DNA of 64,000 bases. Origin: an uncultured virus (IMG/VR IMGVR_UViG_3300034198_015519). Taxonomy: Duplodnaviria; Heunggongvirae; Uroviricota; Caudoviricetes. Every line of letters begins with the position of its first letter. The first letter of the stretch is position 1. Shown here one piece after another: positions 19,455 through 28,907 of the stretch. The notes under the pieces are model-generated. The model was not told the origin of the DNA. It made no database searches and was given only the letters and a program-made list of their open reading frames with translations. Location: the IMG/VR virus record IMGVR_UViG_3300034198_015519, positions 1 through 64,000 of that record; one strand, 5' to 3'. Both the position numbers and the translations under genes were made by a program.

Positions 19455-20027
19455 TTACTCTATTCTTCCGAAATTCATAAACGTACCGCCATAATAACCG
19501 TTTAAAATATCGTTAGTTATCTTAACTCCCGTTGCGGTACTTTCTGAGTGTATCATATTTATTTTTTCACCATCAATTGAGTGGACTATACCTATGTGGT
19601 CAGCACCTGCCCTACTCGGTCCATTATCAAAAAATATCATATCACCTGGAACAACTTCGCTTTTATCAACAACCTTTGCTTGGTTTCGTAAACTTTCTGC
19701 CGTTCCTCTTGGTATGGTTACACCTGCCTGATTATAAGCCCAAGTAACTAACCCACTACAATCAAATCCTTCTTCAGGTGTTTCATCACCCCAACTATAA
19801 GGTTTACCTAATTGGGTTACGGCAGCATCCACTATTGACTGACCCGTCTCACTATATTTTAAATTTTTAGGTGTTCTTTTAGTTACATTTGATGGGTCTG
19901 TTAAATCTAAAGACCCGATAGCATCTCCAACCTTTTTTCCTGTTGACGGATCAATCATTTCACCATACTTACCTCCTTGTTCTACAAGTAAGTCTGATAG
20001 ATTTTTTAACAGTGATATTTTAGACAT
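19455..20027 (-). CDS. NlpC/P60 cell-wall endopeptidase with leader
   Basis: LGKPYSWG...GFDCSGLV...PGDMIFF...HIGI...MIHS; probable start MSKISLL at 20027 after TATTTAT. Confidence 0.9.
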   Translation of the reverse strand: MSKISLLKNLSDLLVEQGGKYGEMIDPSTGKKVGDAIGSLDLTDPSNVTKRTPKNLKYSETGQSIVDAAVTQLGKPYSWGDETPEEGFDCSGLVTWAYNQAGVTIPRGTAESLRNQAKVVDKSEVVPGDMIFFDNGPSRAGADHIGIVHSIDGEKINMIHSESTATGVKITNDILNGYYGGTFMNFGRIE

Positions 20028-20137
20028 AATAATAAATATCATGGTTTAATAATAATTAAACAACCCCCTTTGAAAATTATACTATCCTGGTGGTTTGATA
20101 TATCATATATTTTTACTATTTATTAATAAAAAATCAT

Positions 20138-22369
20138 ATGAAATTACTACGTTATCTTTTTATTTTAATAACTTTTTATAGTTATTCTCAATATTGTCCA
20201 TATCTAGGACCCAATCAATTATTACCTTGTGGTGTGGGGTCTACTACCCTAACTGCTGACTTAAGTCAGTGTGGTCCTGGAGGTCCTAACCCCAATCAAA
20301 CAACAAATTACGGTGTTACAAATATTCCATTCGTAAATCAGACCAATACGGGTAATCAGTTATTCATGACTGATGATTCACAACAGGGACCTTTTCAAAT
20401 AGGGTTTAACTTTTGTTTTTTTGGGACAACATATACGCAATTCTATATAGGTTCAAATGGTTGGATTTCATTCTCAGCAGGACAACCAACAACATTTACA
20501 TCACAACCAATCCCAACAGGAAATGCTTTGGTACCTAAAAACTGTATTATGGGGCCTTGGCAAGATTGGCACCCTGGTTTAGGTGGACAAATCAGATATC
20601 AAGTACAAGGGGTTGCTCCGTGTAGAAAGTTAGTTGTTAGTTGGACAAACATGCCAATGTTCTCTTGTACTTCTAATTTTGGAACATTTCATATTGTAAT
20701 TTACGAATCAACAAATTATATTGAAAACCACATTCAAAATAAACCGGCTTGTTTACAATGGCAAGGTGGGACTGCAACGCAGGGTATACATAATTCGTTA
20801 GGTACTATTGGTATTGCTTCGCCAGGAAGAAACTCAACTGCTTGGACAACACAAAACGAAGCGTATAGATGGACACCGAGTGGTCCTGTGGTTACCCCTA
20901 CCCTAACATGGTATCAGGTTGGTAATCCAAACCCAATTGGTACCGGTCCGACCATAACAGTAACCCCACCAGCGGCAGGTGCAAATTATACCTGTCATTT
21001 TGTTTATCCTATTTGTAATACGGGATGGTCGACTTGTAATGCAAGTGCGGGATTAGGTCCCGATACGGTATTTGTATTGCCTGGACCACCGAACTTACCA
21101 CCACCAATTATAAATCTTGTAAATCCGACGTGTGATAACTACTGTGATGGTATTGTTGACATAATCCCACAAGGGGGTACTGGTGTTCAAACAATCTCTT
21201 GGAATGGTGGTCAACCTCCATCATTTAATCAAATGGGGTTATGTGAAGGTTCATACCCATTTACAATAACAGACGGTGCTGGATGTACAGTAACTTCCGT
21301 TGCAACATTAGTAGACCCACAACCTGTTATTATTAATCCAATTATTGGTACAAGTATATTATGTTTTAATTCTACAACGAATCAATTTAATATATCAAGT
21401 CCAATACCTAACCTAGTATATAATTGGTCAACGACAAATGGTAATATAACATCGGGTCAAGGTAATGATACTATTAATTTAGATGTGACTGGAGTTGTTG
21501 GTGGGAACTACAATAATATGCTATCAGTTTATGGTGAGAATATTAATGGGTGTTTAAGTCAAACGGAAACATTTACGATTGACGTTTTAAACATACTACC
21601 AATAATAGACCCTATGGGTCCTTACTGTGAGTATGATGGATGTTTACCGATAACTGTAACTCCTTCAGGTGGTGTGTTATCGGGTAACAATGTTTGGAAT
21701 GACCAATATTGTCCTGATAATGGTTTTGTTGGTCTCGATAATATTAATTATGTTTATTCACAATCGGGATGTATATTCGACACAAATATAAACGTACAAG
21801 TTTACCCACGACCATCGTTAACCCCTGTTATCGATGGAAGACCTAATGTTTCGTATGAATATCACGAATTATGTGAGGGTGATAGTATCATTGATTTATA
21901 TGAAGCAATTTCCCCTAATGGTGGTTATAATGAATGGTATGTCTTTGGCGATACATTACAAGGACCAACAATTAATATCACTTGGGACGAAGAAGGTATG
22001 TTTGAATTTGAAGTCGTAAGATGGGAAAATGGTTGTGTGTCATTCCCTGAAGATTTTAACGTAACCATAGACCTTTGTCCTGAAGAACTAATTTACATAC
22101 CTAATACATTTACACCCAATGGTGACGAACATAATCAAACTTTCAGAATGGTATTCACTGCAGGATTTGACCCTAATGACTTCAATATGAAAATTTATAA
22201 TAGATGGGGTGAAATAATATGGGAGACCTATAGTCACACCTCATATTGGGACGGTACATACAATAATGTAATGTGTCCTGACGGTTCATATAATTGGGTA
22301 GTCTCTTTTGGTCATCCTAAAACAGGTTTAAGAAAAGAAATCAAAGGTAACTTGATAATCACCCGATAA
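20138..22369 (+). CDS. Secreted protein with a gliding-motility/T9SS type B C-terminal domain
   Basis: Signal peptide; nidogen-like N-terminal region (IGFNFCFFG...SNGWISF); SprB-like repeat; YIPNTFTPNGD.HN...IYNRWGE...WDG...G....IT. Confidence 0.88.
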   Translation: MKLLRYLFILITFYSYSQYCPYLGPNQLLPCGVGSTTLTADLSQCGPGGPNPNQTTNYGVTNIPFVNQTNTGNQLFMTDDSQQGPFQIGFNFCFFGTTYTQFYIGSNGWISFSAGQPTTFTSQPIPTGNALVPKNCIMGPWQDWHPGLGGQIRYQVQGVAPCRKLVVSWTNMPMFSCTSNFGTFHIVIYESTNYIENHIQNKPACLQWQGGTATQGIHNSLGTIGIASPGRNSTAWTTQNEAYRWTPSGPVVTPTLTWYQVGNPNPIGTGPTITVTPPAAGANYTCHFVYPICNTGWSTCNASAGLGPDTVFVLPGPPNLPPPIINLVNPTCDNYCDGIVDIIPQGGTGVQTISWNGGQPPSFNQMGLCEGSYPFTITDGAGCTVTSVATLVDPQPVIINPIIGTSILCFNSTTNQFNISSPIPNLVYNWSTTNGNITSGQGNDTINLDVTGVVGGNYNNMLSVYGENINGCLSQTETFTIDVLNILPIIDPMGPYCEYDGCLPITVTPSGGVLSGNNVWNDQYCPDNGFVGLDNINYVYSQSGCIFDTNINVQVYPRPSLTPVIDGRPNVSYEYHELCEGDSIIDLYEAISPNGGYNEWYVFGDTLQGPTINITWDEEGMFEFEVVRWENGCVSFPEDFNVTIDLCPEELIYIPNTFTPNGDEHNQTFRMVFTAGFDPNDFNMKIYNRWGEIIWETYSHTSYWDGTYNNVMCPDGSYNWVVSFGHPKTGLRKEIKGNLIITR

Positions 22370-22420
22370 ATGACATATTTATTAAATGTGTAAAACGCAT
22401 AATTAATTAAACTAATACAT

Positions 22421-23257
22421 ATGTTATTAAAAAATGGTTCAGAAGGGGCTGACGTAAAAAAACTCCAAGAGAAATTAGGTGTGGAAGCTATAGGTAAATT
22501 CGGACCTAAAACGGAAGCGGCTGTTAAAGAGTGGCAAAAGGCAAATGGTCTTAAGGATGATGGTATCGTTGGGGATGCAACTTGGGCAAAATTGTTTGGT
22601 GAATCGGCACCTGTTACTGATGTGATTAAGGAAGATGTTATTATCCCTTCAGGTGGGGCTTTAAATATTGAAAAATTAAAGGGACATATTCCTGATGCTG
22701 TAATTGCTCAGATTCCTGATACCGCTAAAAAGTTTAATATTACAAACAACCTACGTTTAGCTCACTTTTTGGCTCAATGTGGTCATGAATCAGGTGGTTT
22801 TAAAGCAGTATCTGAGAATTTAAATTATTCTGCTGACGGTTTAAAGAAAATATTTGGAAAATACTTCCCAGGTAATTTAAATGAGTCGTATGCTAGACAA
22901 CCTGAAAAAATCGCCGCTCGCGTTTATGCAAGTAGAATGGGTAATGGTGACGAAGCATCGAAAGAAGGTTTTAAATTTAGAGGACGTGGTTACATCCAAT
23001 TAACCGGAAAGGCGAACTATACTAATTTTACTAAATTCATCGGTGAAGATTGTATTGCTAATCCGGATTTAGTTGCAACTAAATATCCATTGGCGTCTGC
23101 GGCTTTCTTCTTTGATTCAAATAAGCTATGGGCTATCTGTGACAAGGGCGCTGACGACGCCACTGTAACTGCGGTTACTAAAAGAGTGAATGGAGGTACT
23201 ATCGGGTTACCTGATAGAATCAAACATTTTAAAGAATATTACAACTTACTTAAATAA
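22421..23257 (+). CDS. Endolysin: PG-binding domain plus glycoside hydrolase family 19
   Basis: GSEGADVKKLQ...DGIVG; AHFLAQCGHESGGF, ENLNYS, FRGRGYIQLTGKANY, TKRVNGG..GL.DR. Confidence 0.93.
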   Translation: MLLKNGSEGADVKKLQEKLGVEAIGKFGPKTEAAVKEWQKANGLKDDGIVGDATWAKLFGESAPVTDVIKEDVIIPSGGALNIEKLKGHIPDAVIAQIPDTAKKFNITNNLRLAHFLAQCGHESGGFKAVSENLNYSADGLKKIFGKYFPGNLNESYARQPEKIAARVYASRMGNGDEASKEGFKFRGRGYIQLTGKANYTNFTKFIGEDCIANPDLVATKYPLASAAFFFDSNKLWAICDKGADDATVTAVTKRVNGGTIGLPDRIKHFKEYYNLLK

Positions 23258-23285
23258 AAAAAACCCAACTTCGGTTGGGTTTTTT
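23256..23285. terminator. Bidirectional terminator
   Basis: A-run, CCCAAC-TTCG-GTTGGG, T-run, between convergent genes. Confidence 0.85.
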
Positions 23286-23289
23286 GTTA

Positions 23290-24861
23290 TTAACGTCCTG
23301 GGTTATTTGCCTTTCTATTTCTTTCAAAGTCCCTATCTCTTTTATTATATAATTTCTGTGTTCTACGTTCAGTAGTACCAGGGGATAGATTTTTTAAATG
23401 GAATATACCTTTCCTTAAATAAAGTGATTCGTTCTTAGTCGGCATTTCAAAATTAAAATCAAGTTCAATATTAGCAGCCTTACCACCAACATATCTAAGT
23501 ACAATTATTCTTTGTGATATTGTACCACTAAGTTGGTTACTTGCGCTAACAGTTCTTTTAGATGTTTTATAAACCATAAATCCTATTGATATTTCGGAGT
23601 ACTGTCCCGCATTAGGGTATTGTGTTTTATCTCTTTCTTCATCTACTTTACCACCTGTATCTGTAATTCTAAGTTCCGTTTCAATACTATTCGCCCAATT
23701 CGATGATAAATTTAACCCAGGGGTTTTACCTAAATCTTGCATAACTAACTGTATTAAGTTATTAGCTCTATCTCTTGCTAGTTTAAGATTTTTAGGGTTT
23801 TTACCTGAACTTGATATTTCGGTAACATCTTTAATTTTATCACCATTATTTTTGTGAGTAAAATCTAAAACCTCATTCGTCCACGTATTACTTGCCGATG
23901 ATACTATAGTTGCATCGGTTACACTTATACGGTATTGAGAGTCACAGTTATCGGTCCCACACTCAATCATCTCTTTAACTGTTTTAGTTTCACCACCAAT
24001 AGTAACTTCCGATTGATAAATTTCATTTAAAATTCTATCCATAAGACCTTTAAAAAACATACCAGGATCGGATGACCCCTTTGCATATTTTCCAGGTATA
24101 CGTGGCATCACAACATTAAGTTCTCCTGTTTCATTAATCACGTTTTCTGGTGAAAGTTCTTTAGTTTTTAATGGTCTTGATGCCCTTGCAAATAATGTTG
24201 ACATTACAGATTTTTGTAATGGTAAAGAATTAACGTCTCCTGATTTTTTATCATATGAAAAATAACTTGCAGTTTTACTTAAAATTGTCCCTTCATTAGA
24301 GTTACTGTTATTAAGGTTTGTTATCTCACTAGTCATCACAGAATTTAAAGTATCTAAAGATGACATATCACCCTTACCGCTAACTTTAATGTCTACTGTA
24401 GAAATTGCATCGTCAGGAGTAATAATATCAAATTTCCATTTTTGTGATTTCTTAAAGAATTTTTTAATTTTTTTAAGACCTTCTTTGTCTTCTTTAGGTA
24501 ATTTTTGACCATTAATTAATAATGTAATCGCATTATAAAATCCATTTGCTAACATATTTTTAGTTTCAGTTGGTAGATTTTTAAACTCTGTATCACCCCC
24601 TAATTCCGCATTCATTTTACCTAACACATCGCCAACAGTATCTAAACCTTTATCTAGTTCTTTTTCATAACTAAAATCAAGACTCATTCTTCCTGGATCT
24701 CTTTGTCTACCTCTAAAATTAAATTCTTTATTACCAAATTCACCACCAAGACTAAAACCGCCCTTCTTAGTTTTTTGTTCACTTATAACTTTTTTAGGGT
24801 CATAATTGGTTAAAAAACTAATTCGTGTTATTTCTTCTAATATTTTTTTATCTTCTTCCAT
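23290..24861 (-). CDS. Leader-bearing protein with a possible OmpA-like PG-binding region
   Basis: Leader ends in VISEQ; IVSSAS...NLKLARDRAN resembles the OmpA-C N..LS..RA motif. Confidence 0.6.
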   Translation of the reverse strand: MEEDKKILEEITRISFLTNYDPKKVISEQKTKKGGFSLGGEFGNKEFNFRGRQRDPGRMSLDFSYEKELDKGLDTVGDVLGKMNAELGGDTEFKNLPTETKNMLANGFYNAITLLINGQKLPKEDKEGLKKIKKFFKKSQKWKFDIITPDDAISTVDIKVSGKGDMSSLDTLNSVMTSEITNLNNSNSNEGTILSKTASYFSYDKKSGDVNSLPLQKSVMSTLFARASRPLKTKELSPENVINETGELNVVMPRIPGKYAKGSSDPGMFFKGLMDRILNEIYQSEVTIGGETKTVKEMIECGTDNCDSQYRISVTDATIVSSASNTWTNEVLDFTHKNNGDKIKDVTEISSSGKNPKNLKLARDRANNLIQLVMQDLGKTPGLNLSSNWANSIETELRITDTGGKVDEERDKTQYPNAGQYSEISIGFMVYKTSKRTVSASNQLSGTISQRIIVLRYVGGKAANIELDFNFEMPTKNESLYLRKGIFHLKNLSPGTTERRTQKLYNKRDRDFERNRKANNPGR

Positions 24862-24918
24862 TGAAATATTTTTATAAATAAATATCGTAAGTATCGTAAA
24901 AATGTGTATATTAGCAAT

Positions 24919-25551
24919 ATGAAAACAAACACTATGAAATCTACATTAATTTTTTGTCTATTTTTTTTACCAACATTCTTATTTTCTCAAATAACTGAAG
25001 ATAGTGTTGAGTTTTATTTTGTTAAAATTTTAAATGAATATAGAAAGACTCTACATAATGGGATTAAGGATGTAAATGTTAATCAAACCGCTAGTTTAGG
25101 TTGTGAACACCACAATAACTATCTTTTTAATATGGTGTGGGTAAATAAAACCCCAGGTACTAACAAATCTGTTATTACTCACGGAGAAACTCCAATTGAA
25201 ACAGTTGGTTCTGACAAGTTTAAATATGTTGGTAAAGATACCCTCATTCCTAATTTTGCTAATAGAATTATTTTTTATAACACTAATAAGGATTTTGCAC
25301 CTAATGCTGAAGTCATTACTAATGGATATTATTTCTTGGATGGAATGACAAATGAAAAATTGGCTAAAGAATTTTTTATGAATTTTATGAAATCTAAACC
25401 ACATAAAGAACAATTAGATAGAAACGATTATAACTCATTAGCATTAGACTGTAAAATTGAACTAAAGGGTCTATTTGTGAACGCATCCATTGTTGTTGTA
25501 ACCGGAGGGGACGGAATAAAAATCGGTAATTACGAAACATTTAAAAATTAA
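24919..25551 (+). CDS. Secreted CAP/SCP-domain protein
   Basis: Signal peptide; LNEYRK, HNNY, THGE, NAE and FMKSKPH motifs. Confidence 0.7.
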   Translation: MKTNTMKSTLIFCLFFLPTFLFSQITEDSVEFYFVKILNEYRKTLHNGIKDVNVNQTASLGCEHHNNYLFNMVWVNKTPGTNKSVITHGETPIETVGSDKFKYVGKDTLIPNFANRIIFYNTNKDFAPNAEVITNGYYFLDGMTNEKLAKEFFMNFMKSKPHKEQLDRNDYNSLALDCKIELKGLFVNASIVVVTGGDGIKIGNYETFKN

Positions 25552-25620
25552 ATTATTAAAACTCAACTTCGGTTGAGTTTTTTGTTTTTAAATCTTATTA
25601 ATAACGTAGTATTTATAATT

Positions 25621-26304
25621 ATGAGAAAAAAGTTAAACCCCGAACTAAAAGAAGGAGATAGAATTGTTTTAGTCCATATGGATGGGGAGTCGTTAGGTGC
25701 TGGTATAAAAGGTAAAGTTCTAAAAATAGAAAAAACCCCAAAGTTTACAAGTAACGATATTGGATTTCAATATGGTGTTGAATGGTACGATGAAAATGAT
25801 AACGTAATGAGTAATTTATCACTTATCCCTGACAGTGATGCTTGGATACTTGATTCTGATTATGACATCGAACCAATACACGAAATGAATATTAAAGATG
25901 TTGATGATTTAGTTAGTATCGGTGAATTTTTAGGTTTATTTAATCGAGGAGAATTAAATAAGGTATACCAATTTTTAGAATTAGAAAGAAGATTAGGTAC
26001 TCATAATATGTTCACTGAAGGTGGAAAGTTTATTTTGTCAGGACCTGATTATATTAAAGATTATATTAAATTAAAATCTTACGAAAGGGAGTTCGACGAA
26101 GACCAAGAAGAAATTATAGAAAAAATTATAGAGATGTCGCAAGAAACGAAAGATATATTTATCAGAGCGGCAATGAAACTTTTAGAAAATGAAAACAAAG
26201 AAGTAAGTGTAAGAAACATCCAAAGATCAATGCAAAGGTTAGCAAATACCGCAAAAAAGTTTTGGATGCAAGAGGCACATAAATTTATAAATAAAGAAAT
26301 CTAA
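25621..26304 (+). CDS. Hypothetical protein with a DUF4314-like N-terminal domain
   Basis: GDRIVLVHMDG...VEW...LSLIP..D; ATG at 25621 follows TATTTAT at 25610. Confidence 0.6.
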   Translation: MRKKLNPELKEGDRIVLVHMDGESLGAGIKGKVLKIEKTPKFTSNDIGFQYGVEWYDENDNVMSNLSLIPDSDAWILDSDYDIEPIHEMNIKDVDDLVSIGEFLGLFNRGELNKVYQFLELERRLGTHNMFTEGGKFILSGPDYIKDYIKLKSYEREFDEDQEEIIEKIIEMSQETKDIFIRAAMKLLENENKEVSVRNIQRSMQRLANTAKKFWMQEAHKFINKEI

Positions 26305-26801
26305 TGAGAGGATTTTCAATCATGTCTGACGAAGAAAGACAAACAATATTAAAACAACACGCAACCGTTTATGATGGTTATGCGACAGGTAATGTAACAT
26401 CAAATATGACACCATTAACTGTGTATGATGCTGCTGGTGATAAAGGTGGTGTTACTGTTGATAATACCGGTAATGTGAAAACATATACAAACCATAACGT
26501 TAATGAAAGCGTAAATGAAATTACGGCAAAACCATTAAATTACGATGAGATAGACGCGGCATATGAATTCGATTCTGAGGGACCTCAACAATCCATGACT
26601 CAAATGGGAATGGGTGAAAGACCATATGAATTCGTATCAAAAGGACCATCAGATGTTTATGAATATGAAGAGGATTTTCAAGATAAATCTTTTGAGGATT
26701 TATTAGACGACGAATCGGTTTTAGACCAAGAAGAAACGCAGTTATCGGAAAGTGTTAATAAATCACTAGATATGTTTAGGAGATTTAAAAACTTTATGTA
26801 A
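26304..26801 (+). CDS. Hypothetical protein
   Basis: Translationally coupled ORF. Confidence 0.75.
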   Translation: MRGFSIMSDEERQTILKQHATVYDGYATGNVTSNMTPLTVYDAAGDKGGVTVDNTGNVKTYTNHNVNESVNEITAKPLNYDEIDAAYEFDSEGPQQSMTQMGMGERPYEFVSKGPSDVYEYEEDFQDKSFEDLLDDESVLDQEETQLSESVNKSLDMFRRFKNFM

Positions 26802-27106
26802 TGGAAATCGTAGAAATTATTTCACATTATATAGATAAAAGTCAGAATTTAATAAATGTTGAATTTAGGTTATTAGAGGACGATGATGATATAATTAGGG
26901 AAGATTTCGTTGAGTATTCTTACTTCGAGGAATTTGGTTTTGATAACTCTAAGGACTTTGAAATTTTTGATGAGATATTAGATGAAGAAGACGAATGGGG
27001 AAGTGACGAATACGACTATATAGAAAATGAAGATTCTTTAATTACTTTTTTAAACGAATATTATGTAGTTTACCCGGAGAAACTACCTAAACCAGAATAT
27101 AAATAA
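26801..27106 (+). CDS. Highly acidic hypothetical protein
   Basis: Translationally coupled ORF. Confidence 0.75.
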   Translation: MEIVEIISHYIDKSQNLINVEFRLLEDDDDIIREDFVEYSYFEEFGFDNSKDFEIFDEILDEEDEWGSDEYDYIENEDSLITFLNEYYVVYPEKLPKPEYK

Positions 27107-27108
27107 AA

Positions 27109-28476
27109 ATGAACGAATTTATTTCCCAAATCAGTAGGATAAAAACTATGATGGCGGTTAACGAAGATTTCCAAAACAACCCATCGGTGGCAGTTATTGG
27201 AGACCAAATTGCATATCTCCTTGATAATTCTGACTTATTACGTCCTTTTGAATTAATCGACCCTGAAATGACAATAGATGAACTAACTGAAAAATTGGTA
27301 GTTCACGAGCCATATGAAAATATTAATCAGGTATTTTTCTCTATTGGTACTAACGATATGTTTGAACCTGATTCATCAATAACAACATTAATTAATGAAA
27401 TGTTTAGGGTTTTTCCTAACGCCGAATTATACTTAATGAAGGGGTATATAGATATCGATGAATATGATTTAACTGAAGATGAGGTTTTAGAGTTAGAAGA
27501 AAACGCAATCGTATTTTACAATTTAATTAAAAAAGATAAAGTTAAAGTTGTTGGGGACTACCCTTTAATTGGAGATGAAAGACTAATTAAAGGTAGTAAA
27601 GTAATATCTAACTTAAAATCATATATAGATGCATTTATTTCACCAATGTCAGATATCGCAACTATTGATAATGAACCATTAATGAAACCAGAGGTTTTTG
27701 TTGATTTAGATATTGATGAAGACGCCGATTTTGATACCATATATGAATTTTTAGAAAATTTTGAGGATATTGTTAATTCAGGTAATGACTATAGTACCGA
27801 CATGTCTTCTGATTATATGGGTGATATTGAAATGATACAAGTGGCTTTAAAGTTCTTAGGGTATAGTAATATTAATACTGATGGTCGGTACACCCAAAAT
27901 ACTGAAAGAGCTGTTAGGGATTTCCAAGCAGATAACGGATTGTCCATGACTGGTGTTGCCGATGATGAAACATTAGAATCTATTTTTTATGAATTAAAAA
28001 TTAAAGGCTTTGATGATAATGATTTATCTAAATTTTTAATGGGTGAAATTCCTAATGAAGATGAGATTGAAAAAGATGCAAAAACAGTCGGGGCAGATGA
28101 ATTCAAATCGAATATTAAATCATTAGGGTTTGGATTAAAAAATAATGGTGAAGATGTAAATAGTGGTGGTGAACTTAATGGTACTTTCTTAGGTATTGTT
28201 TTGGAATTACTAAAAGATTATCAAGAAATTGAGCCTAATGCGGACATATACATTACAAGTGGTAATGATAATTTCCACCATAACTTGGAGTATGAGAGTT
28301 TACATACAAAAGGTAGAGCGTTGGATTTAACTTTAGGTTCACAGTTTCATTCCGGATTTAAAAAACTAATGGACAACTATAAAGATCTATATTCGGGATT
28401 TGGATATATTGATGAGTATCTGAATCCTTCAGATGCGTCTACAGGCCCCCATTTCCATTTACAATATAAAGGTTAA
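27109..28476 (+). CDS. Multidomain protein: SGNH-like, PG-binding and M15/LAS-type metallopeptidase
   Basis: VIGD...SIGTND; IQVALKFLGY...DG.Y...T..AV..FQ..NGL..TG; SLHTKGRALDL...HFHLQ. Confidence 0.7.
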   Translation: MNEFISQISRIKTMMAVNEDFQNNPSVAVIGDQIAYLLDNSDLLRPFELIDPEMTIDELTEKLVVHEPYENINQVFFSIGTNDMFEPDSSITTLINEMFRVFPNAELYLMKGYIDIDEYDLTEDEVLELEENAIVFYNLIKKDKVKVVGDYPLIGDERLIKGSKVISNLKSYIDAFISPMSDIATIDNEPLMKPEVFVDLDIDEDADFDTIYEFLENFEDIVNSGNDYSTDMSSDYMGDIEMIQVALKFLGYSNINTDGRYTQNTERAVRDFQADNGLSMTGVADDETLESIFYELKIKGFDDNDLSKFLMGEIPNEDEIEKDAKTVGADEFKSNIKSLGFGLKNNGEDVNSGGELNGTFLGIVLELLKDYQEIEPNADIYITSGNDNFHHNLEYESLHTKGRALDLTLGSQFHSGFKKLMDNYKDLYSGFGYIDEYLNPSDASTGPHFHLQYKG

Positions 28477-28508
28477 ACCTTTTTTATAATTAAAACTATT
28501 TATAATAA

Positions 28509-28907
28509 GTGAAAAACCTACAAGAAAATATCATGCGTATTAGAAATATAATGTTTCTAAACGAGGCACCTAACATTGACGTTCAATTAAATAGGGCTAA
28601 AACAGGTAGTGACCAACAAATCAAACAAACAGGTCCTACGGATGACGATAATGCTGTGGACGGTATGGATGAGGAAATAGTTGAGCAAGAAGACACACCA
28701 GAAACAACTGACACAACTACTGATACCTCATCGGATACAGGTAGCTCTATGACTCCATGGGAAACCGGTGCGGTTAGAGGTCCTGGAAATCCAATTACAA
28801 GTGCAAAACGTGAAGATAAAACAACGAGAGGTAAAGGTAACCCAATAGGTCCAACAAAATGGGCGTCGGGTAGAACAATGGGACCAACAGGAAAAAATTA
28901 CAAGTAA
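28509..28907 (+). CDS. Leader-bearing low-complexity protein
   Basis: GTG start after TATTTAT at 28497; RG.GNPI repeats. Confidence 0.7.
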   Translation: MKNLQENIMRIRNIMFLNEAPNIDVQLNRAKTGSDQQIKQTGPTDDDNAVDGMDEEIVEQEDTPETTDTTTDTSSDTGSSMTPWETGAVRGPGNPITSAKREDKTTRGKGNPIGPTKWASGRTMGPTGKNYK

